Source: Limisphaerales bacterium (GTDB lineage Bacteria > Verrucomicrobiota > Verrucomicrobiia > Limisphaerales > JAYPXF01). Taken from it: a stretch of DNA of 64,000 nucleotides. Positions 36,559 through 47,533 of this stretch are shown in pieces (the first letter of the stretch is position 1; each line of letters starts with the position of its first letter). The notes beneath the pieces are model-generated. The model had not been told where the DNA came from. It saw nothing but the letters and a program-made list of their open reading frames with translations, and ran no database searches. A program made the translations under genes and the position numbers. The DNA lies in the NCBI GenBank assembly GCA_047608975.1, contig JBLFYM010000002.1, forward strand, positions 7,189 to 71,188, given 5' to 3'.

Positions 36559-38640
36559 CTAGCAGGTGCCACTCATCTCCGCGGGCTTGGCGTTGGCGGC
36601 GTCCATCGCGTTCTCTTCGATGACGCCGCGGACTTTTGGCAGCAGAAGATAGGCTTCAAAAATCATCCAGATTTCCAGGAGGATCGTTGCCAAGCCGATG
36701 GAAACCACCAGCCAGTTACCGGTTTTGATCCAGGAGTTCTCTCCCACGAAGAGCTGACTGCTCATTGCCCAGATCGGCATGATGAGCATGAACACCGTGG
36801 GCAGCGCGATGAACCAGATCGGTTTCCCGCGCCGCCACAGGTAGAAGAAAATTACCAGCAGGGCGAGTCCGGCGAGGAGCTGGTTGGTCGCACCAAAGAG
36901 CGGCCAAAGGAGGAGGCCGCCTTTGCCCGCCGTTGCCCAGCTCCATCCCTCCCAGCTGCCCAGCGGAGCTGCGGCCACTGCGGTACCAAGTAGGACGGCA
37001 AACAGAGTCGCTCCATGTTTGTTGGCCAGTATTCCCCAAACTCCGGCAGCGGAGCCATCCGCAGTGCGTTTTCCACCGGTGACGTCCGAAAGTGTCACGG
37101 CCAGCTCCTGAACCACGTACCGTTGCAGGCGGCAGGCCGTATCCAAAGTGGTTCCGGCGAATGACGCGACCAGCACACCCATCAGCGCGACCGCAATTCC
37201 AGCGGAAAGCCCGAGCGCGCGCAGAAAGTTTGCCGCGCCGTCCACAAACGCGCCGACCTTGGCCCCCAATCCCTTCGCGGCGTCCCACGAGGAGTATCGG
37301 TGATTCCATGCGGCTTTGCCGGTGAGAACGACTCCGGCAGGTTCCTTGGAATAATCAAAAGTCAGTCCGTTGGCCGAGAACTGGGTGGCTGAATCAGAGG
37401 TGACCGCCATGGATGCCCCGCCATCGGTGGCGGCGACATTGAAGGTATTTGCAGGGCCGCGGGTGACGGTGAATTCTTTGCCATCGATCAGAGTTGCCGT
37501 GAGTGAAGCGTCAGCGTCGGTCGCAAGTTTGGCCTGTGATCCCAGACCCAATCCGGCGCAGCAGGCGACGATAACAAGCGTTGCCAGAAAGCCTTCCGTC
37601 AGCATTCCCCCATATGCCACGAAGCGGGCGTCAGGTTCGCTTTTCAATTGTTTGCTGCTGGTTCCGCTGCTGACCAGACAGTGGAAACCGCTGCACGCCC
37701 CGCACGCGATGGTGATGAAGAGGAATGGAAAGATGAATGGCGCGCCCTCCGGTGCGAAATCGAACGCCGGGGCAGCGAGTTTAAGTGCCTCGCCTGGTAC
37801 GCCAGCGACCACCGGGGTTCCGCCGGAGAAAGCCGCCGCACACAATCCGAGAAGAATCAGGGCCAATGCCGAGATCAGTTGCAATGAATTGATGAAGTCA
37901 CGGGGTTGCAATAATGTCCACACGGGCAGCACGGACGCGACGTAGGAATAGACCAAAAGCACGACCACCCAAGTCATGATGGACCAACCGGCGAGAGCCT
38001 GGTTGAAGGCACCGAGAGGTCCCGCATTCCCAAAGATGACGGAAAGGTACATCACCCCGAGCGCGATCAGTGACGGGAAAAGCAGGTTCACGCCCTTGCG
38101 GTGCAGCATGACACCGATGGCCACCGCGATGGGAATTTGGATGATACAGGGGAAGATCGCCGCCGGGTACTGCTTGAAAACAGCTGCGATGACCAAGCCA
38201 AAGATTGCCAAGACGATCGTCAGCGCCATGAACAGGATCGAGAGGAAAAGCAGTCTGACCCGCGGAACCATGACTCTCCCCGCCACATCTCCGACGGTCT
38301 GTCCGCGATTCCTGAGACTGACGACCAATGAGCCAAAATCGTGCACCGCGCCAATAAAAATCGAGCCCAGGACAACCCAGAGCAGTGCCGGCACCCAACC
38401 CCACATCACCGCAATTGCCGGACCCACAATCGGCCCGGTGCCCGCGATCGAAGTGAAATGATGGCCGAAAACCACGCTCTTGTCGGTGGGGACGTAGTCG
38501 ATCCCGTCCTCGTATTGTTCTGACGGGCAAACCGCCTTGGCGGAAAGTTCAAAGATTTTGCCACCGAGCCACCTTCCATAGGTGTGGTAAGCGACGAGGA
38601 ATCCGACTCCGGCAAGTAGCGCTATGGCAAGTGTTTCCAT
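36559..38640 (-). CDS. cstA: Carbon starvation protein A family transporter
   Basis: FGHHFTSIAGTGPIVGP, LPVWTLLQPRD, ITIACGACSGFH, TTLDTACR, WPLFGATNQLLA; probable start METLA at 38640. Confidence 0.92.
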   Translation of the reverse strand: METLAIALLAGVGFLVAYHTYGRWLGGKIFELSAKAVCPSEQYEDGIDYVPTDKSVVFGHHFTSIAGTGPIVGPAIAVMWGWVPALLWVVLGSIFIGAVHDFGSLVVSLRNRGQTVGDVAGRVMVPRVRLLFLSILFMALTIVLAIFGLVIAAVFKQYPAAIFPCIIQIPIAVAIGVMLHRKGVNLLFPSLIALGVMYLSVIFGNAGPLGAFNQALAGWSIMTWVVVLLVYSYVASVLPVWTLLQPRDFINSLQLISALALILLGLCAAAFSGGTPVVAGVPGEALKLAAPAFDFAPEGAPFIFPFLFITIACGACSGFHCLVSSGTSSKQLKSEPDARFVAYGGMLTEGFLATLVIVACCAGLGLGSQAKLATDADASLTATLIDGKEFTVTRGPANTFNVAATDGGASMAVTSDSATQFSANGLTFDYSKEPAGVVLTGKAAWNHRYSSWDAAKGLGAKVGAFVDGAANFLRALGLSAGIAVALMGVLVASFAGTTLDTACRLQRYVVQELAVTLSDVTGGKRTADGSAAGVWGILANKHGATLFAVLLGTAVAAAPLGSWEGWSWATAGKGGLLLWPLFGATNQLLAGLALLVIFFYLWRRGKPIWFIALPTVFMLIMPIWAMSSQLFVGENSWIKTGNWLVVSIGLATILLEIWMIFEAYLLLPKVRGVIEENAMDAANAKPAEMSGTC

Positions 38641-38832
38641 TTGAGGCGTGCGATTCTGCCAAAAAGCGTTTGCGTGTCGAGTTAAGAGGGGGGAACTCGT
38701 CATCTCAGGCTGATTTCTAACGAATCTTTGGGGCTTCTGGACTGTGCAGTTTTTTTGGAGACAAAAGTGATGCCTTTTCCTAATATTTCCGATCCCTGAG
38801 CGAAATTCGGGAACGCCCATTCACATCGTCTT

Positions 38833-39888
38833 ATGGCAGCGAAAAAGAAAATAGTCTCACAGCGTCAAGGCGTCATCGCCGGCGGTAACTTCATCATCGA
38901 TCAGGTCAAAATGATCGATACCTGGCCGCACCGGCACACGCTCGCCAACATATCCAGCCTATCTGAAGGAACTGGCGGTGCTGCTTACAACGTGCTGCTG
39001 GACCTGGCCAAGCTGGGAGCAAAATTCCCGCTCGCAGCAGCCGGAGCGGTGGGGAAGGACAAGTTGGGCGAGCAGATCTTGGCGGATTGCAAGGCCAATA
39101 AGGTGGATATCAAGCACCTCAAGCTGCATAAATCCGAGCCGACGTCCTACACGGATGTCATGACGGAAGAGGGGGGCGGAGATCGGACTTTTTTCCATAT
39201 GCGCGGGGCCAACGCCACTTGGGCGGGAGCCGACATCGACTTCAAGAAGAGCAAGCACAAGATTTTTCACCTCGGTTATCTGCTGCTGCTGGATGCCTTG
39301 GATGTGCCTGACACCAAACACGGTACAAAGGCCGCCGCGTTGCTCAAGAAGGCTCGTGATGCCGGCTTGCGGACGAGTATCGACTGCGTGAGCGAGGACA
39401 GCGATCGCTTCAATGAAATCGTTCCTCCTGCGCTGGAGCACACGGATTACTGCATCATCAACGAATTCGAGGCTGGCAAGATCACTGGCTACAAGCTGCG
39501 TGATAAAAACGGAAAACTCGACACCGTGTTTCTCCGTCATGCCGCCGGAGCGATCCTCCAAAAGGGCGTACAGGAGCTGGTTGTCATCCACTTTCCAGAA
39601 GGCGGGTTTTGCCGCACGCGAGACGGCAAAGACCATTGGCAGATGTCGCTGAAGTTGCCGCCGAAGTACATTGCGGGAACCGCGGGTGCCGGCGACGCGT
39701 TTTGCGCGGGCTTCCTTTACGGAATTCACGAAGATCAGGATCTGCAGGACTGTCTGCTCAACGGTGTCTGTGCGGCAGCGGCTTCGCTCGCTGATCCGAC
39801 CTGCACCGGCGGGATGAAGTCCCTTGCATCGTGTCTCGCGCTCAAGAAAAAGTATCGACCGCGCACACCGCTGGAACCGGAATGGTGA
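38833..39888 (+). CDS. PfkB family carbohydrate kinase
   Basis: GGAAYN, G.VGKD.LG, DRTFFH, NEFEA, GTAGAGDAFCAG. Confidence 0.9.
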   Translation: MAAKKKIVSQRQGVIAGGNFIIDQVKMIDTWPHRHTLANISSLSEGTGGAAYNVLLDLAKLGAKFPLAAAGAVGKDKLGEQILADCKANKVDIKHLKLHKSEPTSYTDVMTEEGGGDRTFFHMRGANATWAGADIDFKKSKHKIFHLGYLLLLDALDVPDTKHGTKAAALLKKARDAGLRTSIDCVSEDSDRFNEIVPPALEHTDYCIINEFEAGKITGYKLRDKNGKLDTVFLRHAAGAILQKGVQELVVIHFPEGGFCRTRDGKDHWQMSLKLPPKYIAGTAGAGDAFCAGFLYGIHEDQDLQDCLLNGVCAAAASLADPTCTGGMKSLASCLALKKKYRPRTPLEPEW

Positions 39889-40217
39889 GCGGCGGGAAGA
39901 CGCAGTTTTCAATTTGCAGGCGGTATTTCAATTAACCGCAAAGAGGGCAGAGATCACAAAGATGGGGGAATGAATCCAACGCTCCTTTGGGGAATCGGCT
40001 TGCTCACGGTCGCTGCTACATGGATTGTCTTTCGCAGGGCTCGGGCTGATCGAGTATTGCAGCTTGGAGTTTGGATTTTCAAACCTCTCTGCATTCGAGG
40101 AATCCGTTTGACCCAATACCATAGTCATCCTAAGCTCCCTTTTCTTTCCGCATCAGGCGGGTATTCTCCGGAACACAGTCTTCAATCCCCAGACTGTCCG
40201 GCACCACAAAAAAATCT

Positions 40218-41999
40218 ATGTTGGATCTGTTTGCGAAGCGTGCAGCTTCGTCGAAAAATGATATTCTCTCGGGAATTACCGTCGCTCTGGCTCTTGTGCC
40301 GGAAGCCATTGCATTCGCTTTTGTCGCGGGGGTTCCTCCGCATCTGGGCCTTTACTCCGCCGTTATCGTCGGGCTGATCACGGCGATCTTTGGTGGTCGA
40401 CCGGGAATGATCTCCGGTGCGACGGGTGCCATGGCCGTCGTGATTGTCGGGTTGGTGGCCATTCACGGAATTTCCTACCTCATCCCGGCCGTAATCCTCT
40501 GCGGAATATTTCAGGTTGGCGTGGGGCTATGTCGCTTGGGCAAGTTGATCCGATTGGTACCGCATTCCGTCATGCTGGGATTTGTGAACGGGCTCGCGAT
40601 CGTGATTTGCATGTCGCAGTTCGGTAGCTTCAAGACCTTCGCACCAGACGGTTCGATGCAGATGCTCGGCGGAGCACCGCTCACTGTGATGTGCGCTCTC
40701 GTCGCCCTTACCATGGCAATTATTGCGTACCTTCCAAAATTCACGAAGGCCGTGCCGAGCTCGCTGGCGGCAATTCTGGTGGTGTCCGGATTGAGTTTAG
40801 GAATCAACCGCTTCGCTGGCGATCGTCTGGAAGTCGTGGGATCCGAGAATTCAGTTTTGACCGTGCAGGACATGCTGTTGTCCAATCTGAAAGCAAAGGA
40901 AGTGGAACGTGCCCAAGTGGCAAAAATGGCACGAGCGATCGAATCTGCGAAAGAAGGGGCGGCGTTGATCGGTACCGATCTGGGCGCACGAAATGGAAAT
41001 CCATCTGAAACGGCCGCCTACCTGCAATTGACACCGGAAGAAATCTCGGCTGCTGCGGGCAAGATCGTCGAGGTTCCGCAGGCTGGGGTACCACTGCCCG
41101 TGTTCTTTCAGAAACACTTCAAGATGCCACCGCTGAACTTCGAGACATTACAGATCATCTTCCCGTTCGCTTTGATCTTGGCTGGCGTTGGTTTGATCGA
41201 GTCGCTGATGACGTTGACGCTCATTGACGAGATCACCGGTACTCGCGGTCGTGGGAACCGCGAATGTGTCGGGCAGGGGGCCGCGAACATTGTGTGTGGG
41301 ATCTTTGGTGGAATGGGGGGGTGTGCGATGATTGGTCAGTCCCTGATCAACGTGAATTCAGGTGGTCGGGGTCGTCTTTCCGGAGTCGTGGCGGCGCTGT
41401 CGCTGTTGCTCTTCGTGGTCGCGCTGCAACCGTTCATCCTGATGATCCCGATGGCGGCGTTGGTCGGCGTGATGTTCATGGTGGTGATCGGCACCTTCGA
41501 ATGGTCCACGTTGAACAGCTGGAAGAAGATTCCCGTTTCCGACGTGTTGGTGATGATCTTGGTGGCTGGTTACACGGTGCTTTTCCACAACCTCGCGATG
41601 GCGGTTCTGTTGGGCGTGATCGTCCAGGCCCTGGTGTTTGCATGGAACCACGCGACGCATCTGTTTGTGGATAAACAGACCAACGAACACGGGTCGAGGA
41701 TCTATCAGCTTCACGGGCCGCTCTTCTTTGCTTCGGCCGCCAGTTTCAGTCGTCTGTTTGACATCGAGAATGATCCTGACGATGTCGTGATTGATTTCTA
41801 TTACACCCGCGTTTACGACCAGTCGGGTCTCGAGGCGATCAGCAAGCTCAGTGAACGTTATCGTGCGCTCAACAAACGCCTGCACTTGCGGCATTTGTCC
41901 GGCGAATGCCTGCAGCTGCTTGATCGTGCTGAAGATCTCGTGGAGGTGAATGTGTCGGAAGACCCTCACTATCACGTGGCCACCGATCGTCTGGCGTAG
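40218..41999 (+). CDS. SulP family anion transporter with STAS domain
   Basis: [47 protein letters not shown] region. Confidence 0.92.
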   Translation: MLDLFAKRAASSKNDILSGITVALALVPEAIAFAFVAGVPPHLGLYSAVIVGLITAIFGGRPGMISGATGAMAVVIVGLVAIHGISYLIPAVILCGIFQVGVGLCRLGKLIRLVPHSVMLGFVNGLAIVICMSQFGSFKTFAPDGSMQMLGGAPLTVMCALVALTMAIIAYLPKFTKAVPSSLAAILVVSGLSLGINRFAGDRLEVVGSENSVLTVQDMLLSNLKAKEVERAQVAKMARAIESAKEGAALIGTDLGARNGNPSETAAYLQLTPEEISAAAGKIVEVPQAGVPLPVFFQKHFKMPPLNFETLQIIFPFALILAGVGLIESLMTLTLIDEITGTRGRGNRECVGQGAANIVCGIFGGMGGCAMIGQSLINVNSGGRGRLSGVVAALSLLLFVVALQPFILMIPMAALVGVMFMVVIGTFEWSTLNSWKKIPVSDVLVMILVAGYTVLFHNLAMAVLLGVIVQALVFAWNHATHLFVDKQTNEHGSRIYQLHGPLFFASAASFSRLFDIENDPDDVVIDFYYTRVYDQSGLEAISKLSERYRALNKRLHLRHLSGECLQLLDRAEDLVEVNVSEDPHYHVATDRLA

Positions 42000-42112
42000 C
42001 GGCAGACGATGTAGCGAACGCCCACGTAAGATGGGCCCACTGTATTGTTACGGTTAAGCGGGAGGCTTTACCGCAATTAGCCGGGCGGTTGAGCGCAGTG
42101 GCACCTCCGGTA

Positions 42113-42136
42113 TCAGGGTGAAAAAACGCACCCTGA
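42113..42136. repeat. Palindrome TCAGGGTG-N8-CACCCTGA
   Basis: Perfect 8-bp arms, between convergent genes; same arms as 54233-54266. Confidence 0.5.
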
Positions 42137-42226
42137 GGGATGCCAGTGACAGAAATTCCAAGGTGCCGTTGCTGGATTTGCTTGCTCACGCTCTCTGCTC
42201 GCGGTCAATGACCGGCTTTCGCGGGT

Positions 42227-43639
42227 CTACTTTCGTTTTCGCTTGGGAGTGGGCTTGATGATCGGGATTGGCTGGGATCGCAGGTAGGGATCTCGATGAG
42301 GAAGGAGATCGTCCTCTTGAGATTTGACCCAGGTATCCAATTCATTACGCATGGATTTGAGCTGAGCCTGATGTTCCGGTTTGTCGGCGAGATTGTTCAG
42401 TTCGAGCGGATCCTTGGAGAGATCGAAGAACTCGATGTCGGGGCGGGTGTAGTAACGCCTTACGACTTCCGCCGCGGCGGGATCCCTTTTCGCGGACGCA
42501 TCCCATGAATCCCAGAAGGCACCGGCACCGTCTTTCCGGTATCGGTCGGAGTGATTGGTGAACCAGGCGTCGGCACGGAGATTGTGGATGTATTTGAATT
42601 TGCCGTGACGCACGCTGCGAATCGGGAAGATGTTCATCGCGCCATCGCCGGTATGGGTCGTGAAGATTTGTTCGCGATGCGTATCGGTTTTGCCAAGCAA
42701 CACGTCGCCAAATGACTTCCCATCGAGACCGGTCGGCAAATTTCCACCAGCGAGATCGATCAGTGTCGGTATTAGATCCACCCAACTCACCATTGCCTCC
42801 GAGCGAACCCCGGCCTTGATCCGGTTGGGCCATGAGACGATCAGGGGGATTCGCGTGCCGGTATCGTAGAGCGTCCACTTGCCCATATGCCATTGGCCAC
42901 CGTGATCACTTGTGAACATGAAGATGAAATCATCGCCAAATTTTTCTTTGGCAAACTTAAACACAAGGCCCATTTCTTCATCCATCCCGGTGATGTCCGT
43001 GAGATAGCGAGCCCAGTGCTCGCGGGTTTCCGGCGTATCGATGAAGTAGGGGGGCAGCGTGACCTTCTCGGGATCGTAAACGCGTTCCTTGCTCCAGGCG
43101 ACGTGTGGACGTCGATCTCCGACAAAAAGGCTGATCGGCTTGTCTGTCTTCAGTTGGGAGAAATGTTTGTCCACATTCTCAAACATATTGACCGGGCGCG
43201 GTGAGCTGAAGTCGGAACCGGCGAACTTATTGCGGCCATGCGCGACCTTGCCGAAGGTAGCAACGTGGTATCCCATTGCCTTCAGGATGGGGACGAGGAA
43301 CTTCGTGCCGGGCTTTACCTGACTGTGATTGGGATGCGCGCCATGGCGGGCGGGCATCAGGCCGGTGAGCAGCGAGAAGCGGTTGGGACAGCAGGAAGGT
43401 GAGGCGACGTAGGCCTTGTCAAAGGTCATGCCGGCCGCTGCGAGCTTATCCATCGTCGGCGTCCGAACTTCTTTCGAGCCGTAGACGGAAGTCTCCAAGC
43501 GCCCGAGATCGTCCGAGATGAACACGACAATGTTGGGCAGTTTGGCCGCCTGCAGATCTGGCGAGACAGCCCAGAGAAGGAGAGCGCAAAGCACTCCTCT
43601 TAAGAACCCTGACGGTTCGCCGAATGTTCTGAGATGCAT
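42227..43639 (-). CDS. Sulfatase (heparan N-sulfatase/sulfamidase-like)
   Basis: PNIVVFISDDLG, CCPNRFSLLTG, GKVAH, FTSDHG, GKWTLYD.GTRIP; probable start MHLRT at 43639. Confidence 0.88.
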   Translation of the reverse strand: MHLRTFGEPSGFLRGVLCALLLWAVSPDLQAAKLPNIVVFISDDLGRLETSVYGSKEVRTPTMDKLAAAGMTFDKAYVASPSCCPNRFSLLTGLMPARHGAHPNHSQVKPGTKFLVPILKAMGYHVATFGKVAHGRNKFAGSDFSSPRPVNMFENVDKHFSQLKTDKPISLFVGDRRPHVAWSKERVYDPEKVTLPPYFIDTPETREHWARYLTDITGMDEEMGLVFKFAKEKFGDDFIFMFTSDHGGQWHMGKWTLYDTGTRIPLIVSWPNRIKAGVRSEAMVSWVDLIPTLIDLAGGNLPTGLDGKSFGDVLLGKTDTHREQIFTTHTGDGAMNIFPIRSVRHGKFKYIHNLRADAWFTNHSDRYRKDGAGAFWDSWDASAKRDPAAAEVVRRYYTRPDIEFFDLSKDPLELNNLADKPEHQAQLKSMRNELDTWVKSQEDDLLPHRDPYLRSQPIPIIKPTPKRKRK

Positions 43640-43883
43640 GGTCAGAGCATAGTGAGCGGAATAGTCTCGTGGCAATCGCGCACGGCACGAATCGCAACGA
43701 GTGATCGGTGTTTCGATTGAGTGGCTTGTTAGGGTCTTTTCAGTGCGGCCTGGACCTTGGTGAACAATTTCATCTGGGTAGCCTCCGAACAACATTCCCG
43801 CAGGACGTAGTCTTCGTCCGGATCCCGTATCCGCAAAACGGATTTCAGAATGACATCGGCGAAGTTCGTTCTACGCTGGGCAC

Positions 43884-46199
43884 ATGTTGATCCGCTGTTT
43901 CATCCTTCTGGTGTCGATGCTGACATTGCGCGCGGCCGAGTCCTCGCCGGCGGTTCTGCCGGGAACCAAGGTGCTCGAATATGAAGGGGATGATCTCTCC
44001 GAGTGGGTGATGGACGGGGCTCACGATTTTGTGGAACGCAAGATCGCGGAGTCGCGTAAAACACGTGCCCGGTTTTGGAATCTCGATACTTCGTCCGCAG
44101 CCGCCTACGAGAAATCGATTCAACCGAACCGCGAGCGCTTCAAGAAGATCATTGGAGTGGTGGACGATCGTCTGCCTCCGAGGATGGAACGCTTCGGTGA
44201 TGATCTTCGGCCGGCTCTGATTCTGGAACAGACCAGATTTCAGGTCTATCAGGTGAGATGGTCGGTGTTGCCAGGATTCTTTGCGGAAGGATTGCTGGTG
44301 GAGCCCAAGGGCAAGGTTGCGGCGAATCTCATCGCGGTTCCGGATGCCGGCCAGACTCCTGAACAATTGTTGGGGATGGTGGCCGGGCACGATGCGAATG
44401 GTCTGGCGCGTCTGGCTGAAAGCGGTTTTCGAATCGTCATTCCCACGCTTGTTTCCCGGGCAAAACTTGAGACGGAGGATCGGCGTCTGAAACGCTCTGA
44501 CCAGACCTATCGGGAGTGGATCTACCGGCAGGCTTTCCACATGGGGCGGCACATTATCGGCTACGAGGTGCAAGAGGTGCTGGCAGTAGTGGATTGGTTC
44601 ACGTCGCGTTATCCCGCTGAGAAGATCGGCCTGCTGGGGCACGGGGAAGGTGGGCTGATTGCATTCTACGCGGCGGCCTGCGATCCAAGAATTCAGAACA
44701 CGATCGTCAGCGGATATTTCGGCAGCCGTGAAAAGGTCTGGGCTGAACCGATCTACCGGAACGTCTGGGGCCTATTGCGGGAGTTTGGCGATGCCGAAAT
44801 CCTGTCGCTCATTCAATCTCGCCCGATCAGGCTGATTTACGCCCCTTATCCAGAAGTGATTGGGCACAAGGGCGAGATTGTCATGCCCAAGTTCGCTGCT
44901 CTCTCCAACGAATTGGCTCGAGTTCCGAAAATGTTCGACCAGAAATCGACACTGGTATCGTCGGCCGTTCCGGGGGGCCAAGCGGGAGCGGTCGGGAGTC
45001 CGATGGGTGTGTTTCCGGTGGGCACCATTCAAAAGTTTGCCATCGATCTGGGGCACAAGGTCGAGCCGGCGCGGGAATCGATCGGCAAGTGTGCGGTGAT
45101 GAAGAATGTGGTGGTCACACGCCATTCGCGGGTGTTTTCCGGAATGGAAACCCATGTTCAAAATTTGGTGCGCCAGTCCGAGCATCGACGGGACGAACGG
45201 TTTGTGATGAAGGTGATACCCGAGCTGCAGGACAGCAAATGGACGACGCTCAAAACCTACCCGCTGCAGAGTGCTGACAAGTTCGTCGCTGGAGCCCGCG
45301 CATTTCGGCAGGAGTTCCACGAGGAGGGCATGGGGCGTTTCGACGAGGAACTCATCGCGGCGAACCCGCGCTCGCGCAAGATCGCTGAGACGGCCAATTG
45401 GACGGCCTATGACGTAGTGTTGAAGGTGTATCCTGAACTTATCGCGTGGGGCGTGTTGGTATTGCCCAAGGATCTCAAGCCAGGAGAGAAGCGACCGGTG
45501 GTGGTCTGTCAGCACGGACGCAATGGGGTTCCGCTCGATACGATCAATCGGAACAAGACGGCTTACAACGACTTCGCCGCGAAGCTGGCCGAGCGCGGTT
45601 TCATTACCTTTGCGCCGCACAATCTGTACCGCGGCGAGGACCGATATCGGTGGCTCGACCGGAAGGCGAATACCGTCAAAGCCACGTTGTTCTCTTTCAT
45701 CATCGCCCAACATGAACAGATCCTGAATTGGTTGGGGACCCTTCCGAACGTCGATCCGAAGCGCATCGCTTTCTATGGATTGAGTTATGGAGGCGAAACC
45801 GCCGTACGTGTCCCGACCATTCTGGAGGGTTATTGTCTCTCGATCTGTTCCGGAGATTTCAATCAATGGACCCGGAAGATTGCGGCAACGGATCAACCAT
45901 TCAGTTTCATGAGTTCCATTGAATGGGAGATGCCTTACTGGAACCTGGGGCACACCTTTGATTACGCGGAGATGGCTTATCTGATGGTGCCGCGTCCGTT
46001 CATGGTTGAACGTGGCCATCATGATCGGGTCGGTCGGGATCAATGGGTCGCCCATGAATACGCGAAGGTAAGGTGGCTCTACGCACAGTTAGGTATGGCG
46101 AACCGCACGGAGATCGAGTTTTTCCAAGGCGGGCACAGCATTAACGGCGAAGGCACGTTTGATTTTCTTCACAAACATTTGAAATGGCCGAAGCGGTGA
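43884..46199 (+). CDS. Secreted tandem alpha/beta-hydrolase (dienelactone hydrolase-like) protein
   Basis: Signal peptide; first domain G.GEGG (no Ser), second domain VVCQHG...YGLSYGG, PRPFMVERG, GGHSI. Confidence 0.78.
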   Translation: MLIRCFILLVSMLTLRAAESSPAVLPGTKVLEYEGDDLSEWVMDGAHDFVERKIAESRKTRARFWNLDTSSAAAYEKSIQPNRERFKKIIGVVDDRLPPRMERFGDDLRPALILEQTRFQVYQVRWSVLPGFFAEGLLVEPKGKVAANLIAVPDAGQTPEQLLGMVAGHDANGLARLAESGFRIVIPTLVSRAKLETEDRRLKRSDQTYREWIYRQAFHMGRHIIGYEVQEVLAVVDWFTSRYPAEKIGLLGHGEGGLIAFYAAACDPRIQNTIVSGYFGSREKVWAEPIYRNVWGLLREFGDAEILSLIQSRPIRLIYAPYPEVIGHKGEIVMPKFAALSNELARVPKMFDQKSTLVSSAVPGGQAGAVGSPMGVFPVGTIQKFAIDLGHKVEPARESIGKCAVMKNVVVTRHSRVFSGMETHVQNLVRQSEHRRDERFVMKVIPELQDSKWTTLKTYPLQSADKFVAGARAFRQEFHEEGMGRFDEELIAANPRSRKIAETANWTAYDVVLKVYPELIAWGVLVLPKDLKPGEKRPVVVCQHGRNGVPLDTINRNKTAYNDFAAKLAERGFITFAPHNLYRGEDRYRWLDRKANTVKATLFSFIIAQHEQILNWLGTLPNVDPKRIAFYGLSYGGETAVRVPTILEGYCLSICSGDFNQWTRKIAATDQPFSFMSSIEWEMPYWNLGHTFDYAEMAYLMVPRPFMVERGHHDRVGRDQWVAHEYAKVRWLYAQLGMANRTEIEFFQGGHSINGEGTFDFLHKHLKWPKR

Positions 46200-46219
46200 G
46201 GTCTGGCTTGAACGGACGG

Positions 46220-47533
46220 GTTGGGGCCAGCAAAGTCGTGAAAATGAAGCGGTTGAGATTTCGACGCGGTGGCATACCGGTTGCGGAATACGACCGGGTT
46301 CGATTTCACGTCGGTCTCGCGCCGAAGGTGAATCATTCCGATCCCGCCCAATATGGTGCGCAGGATTCGCTGAATCCCGTGCTTAACGGCCGGCATTGGA
46401 GTTGGCGCGACGGGTATGTCTTCTTTGCACTGGAGGGCAAATGGTTGGCCAAATCTGACAGTTCCTCGCAATCAGGCTATTCCTATCATCTGGGCAACGA
46501 CCAGATGTTCACCGTGGTGGAAATTCGGGGAGACATCGCAACCAGCAATTCTGGCAGGGTCGAACTTGTGCTGAATCTCGATTCGGTATTCGGAGGCGAG
46601 GGGCCGCTGAAGATTGATGCTGAGAAGACCTCCACCCATGCGCGTGGGAACGATCCCCTGGCTGAGCAGATCAGGGGCAATCTGCGGGGGGCGTTTTCGA
46701 TCCGGCAGGTGCACGAAGCCGGAAGCAGGACGACGGATGCAGAGTTGGCTACCGCTCCAAAGAAACGCGTGCTGATTGCTGCCGATGCGACTCCTTACCG
46801 ATTTACCTATGGCCGCCATTTTCCAGCTCCCGGGTTGCCGTTGGACAATCCGTTGACGGAAGAGGGTGTTGCTTTGGGGCTGAAGGGCATCCGCGATGAC
46901 GCAATTCGATGCCGCTGTTCAATCGCGCCTGGAAACGGAAGTTTTTTTGGGACGTACTGAGTCTGCGCGCGCAGGTGTTGATGCCGATCCAGAATCCGGT
47001 CGCGATGCATGAGACCCTTCCTTCGGTGGTTGGCAAGCTCCGGGCGCATTCTGAGTATCCAGTGATGTTCGAACGGGCCTTTGGTGATCGGATGGTGGAT
47101 GCCGACCCTATGGCGCTCGAGCAGTTTCTATTCACCGTGGTGAGTTACGATTCCCGATTTGATTTGGCGATTAGAAAAGAGGCGCAACTCACCGAAGAAG
47201 AGAAGCGTGGGTTCTTCCTGTTCATGTCCGAATACGACCCACGGCGCGGGATGTATGGCGCGGACTGCTTTCACTGCCACGGCGGGCCGTTTTTCAGCTC
47301 CCTCATTGCGGAACGTGGAGCTGACTGCACCTTACATGCACGATGGCAGATTCCAGACCTTGGAGCAGGTCGTTGCGCACTACAGTTCCGGCGTCGAACG
47401 TTCGCCGTCGCTCGACGCAAATCTTGCCAAACATCCTGCTGGGGGAATCCAGCTGAAGACCTTGACCGACGATAGTTTTCGGAACCAAGCGAGGTTATCG
47501 CGCAAAAGCCTTTTGCAGTCGCGTCTCCAATGA
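46220..47533 (+). pseudogene. Degraded MbnP-like + MbnH-like di-heme cytochrome c peroxidase fusion
   Basis: MbnP-like WSWRDGYVFFALEG, YHLG, THA; then P.DNPLTEEGVALG; frame change to MPLFN.AW..FFWD..CFHCH; second frame change to [19 protein letters not shown]. The first CxxCH and the N-terminus are absent. Confidence 0.75.

Noticed and set aside
39970-40377. 135-aa ORF with a hydrophobic N-terminus
   Set aside because: It overlaps the SulP start out of frame and has no recognisable family.
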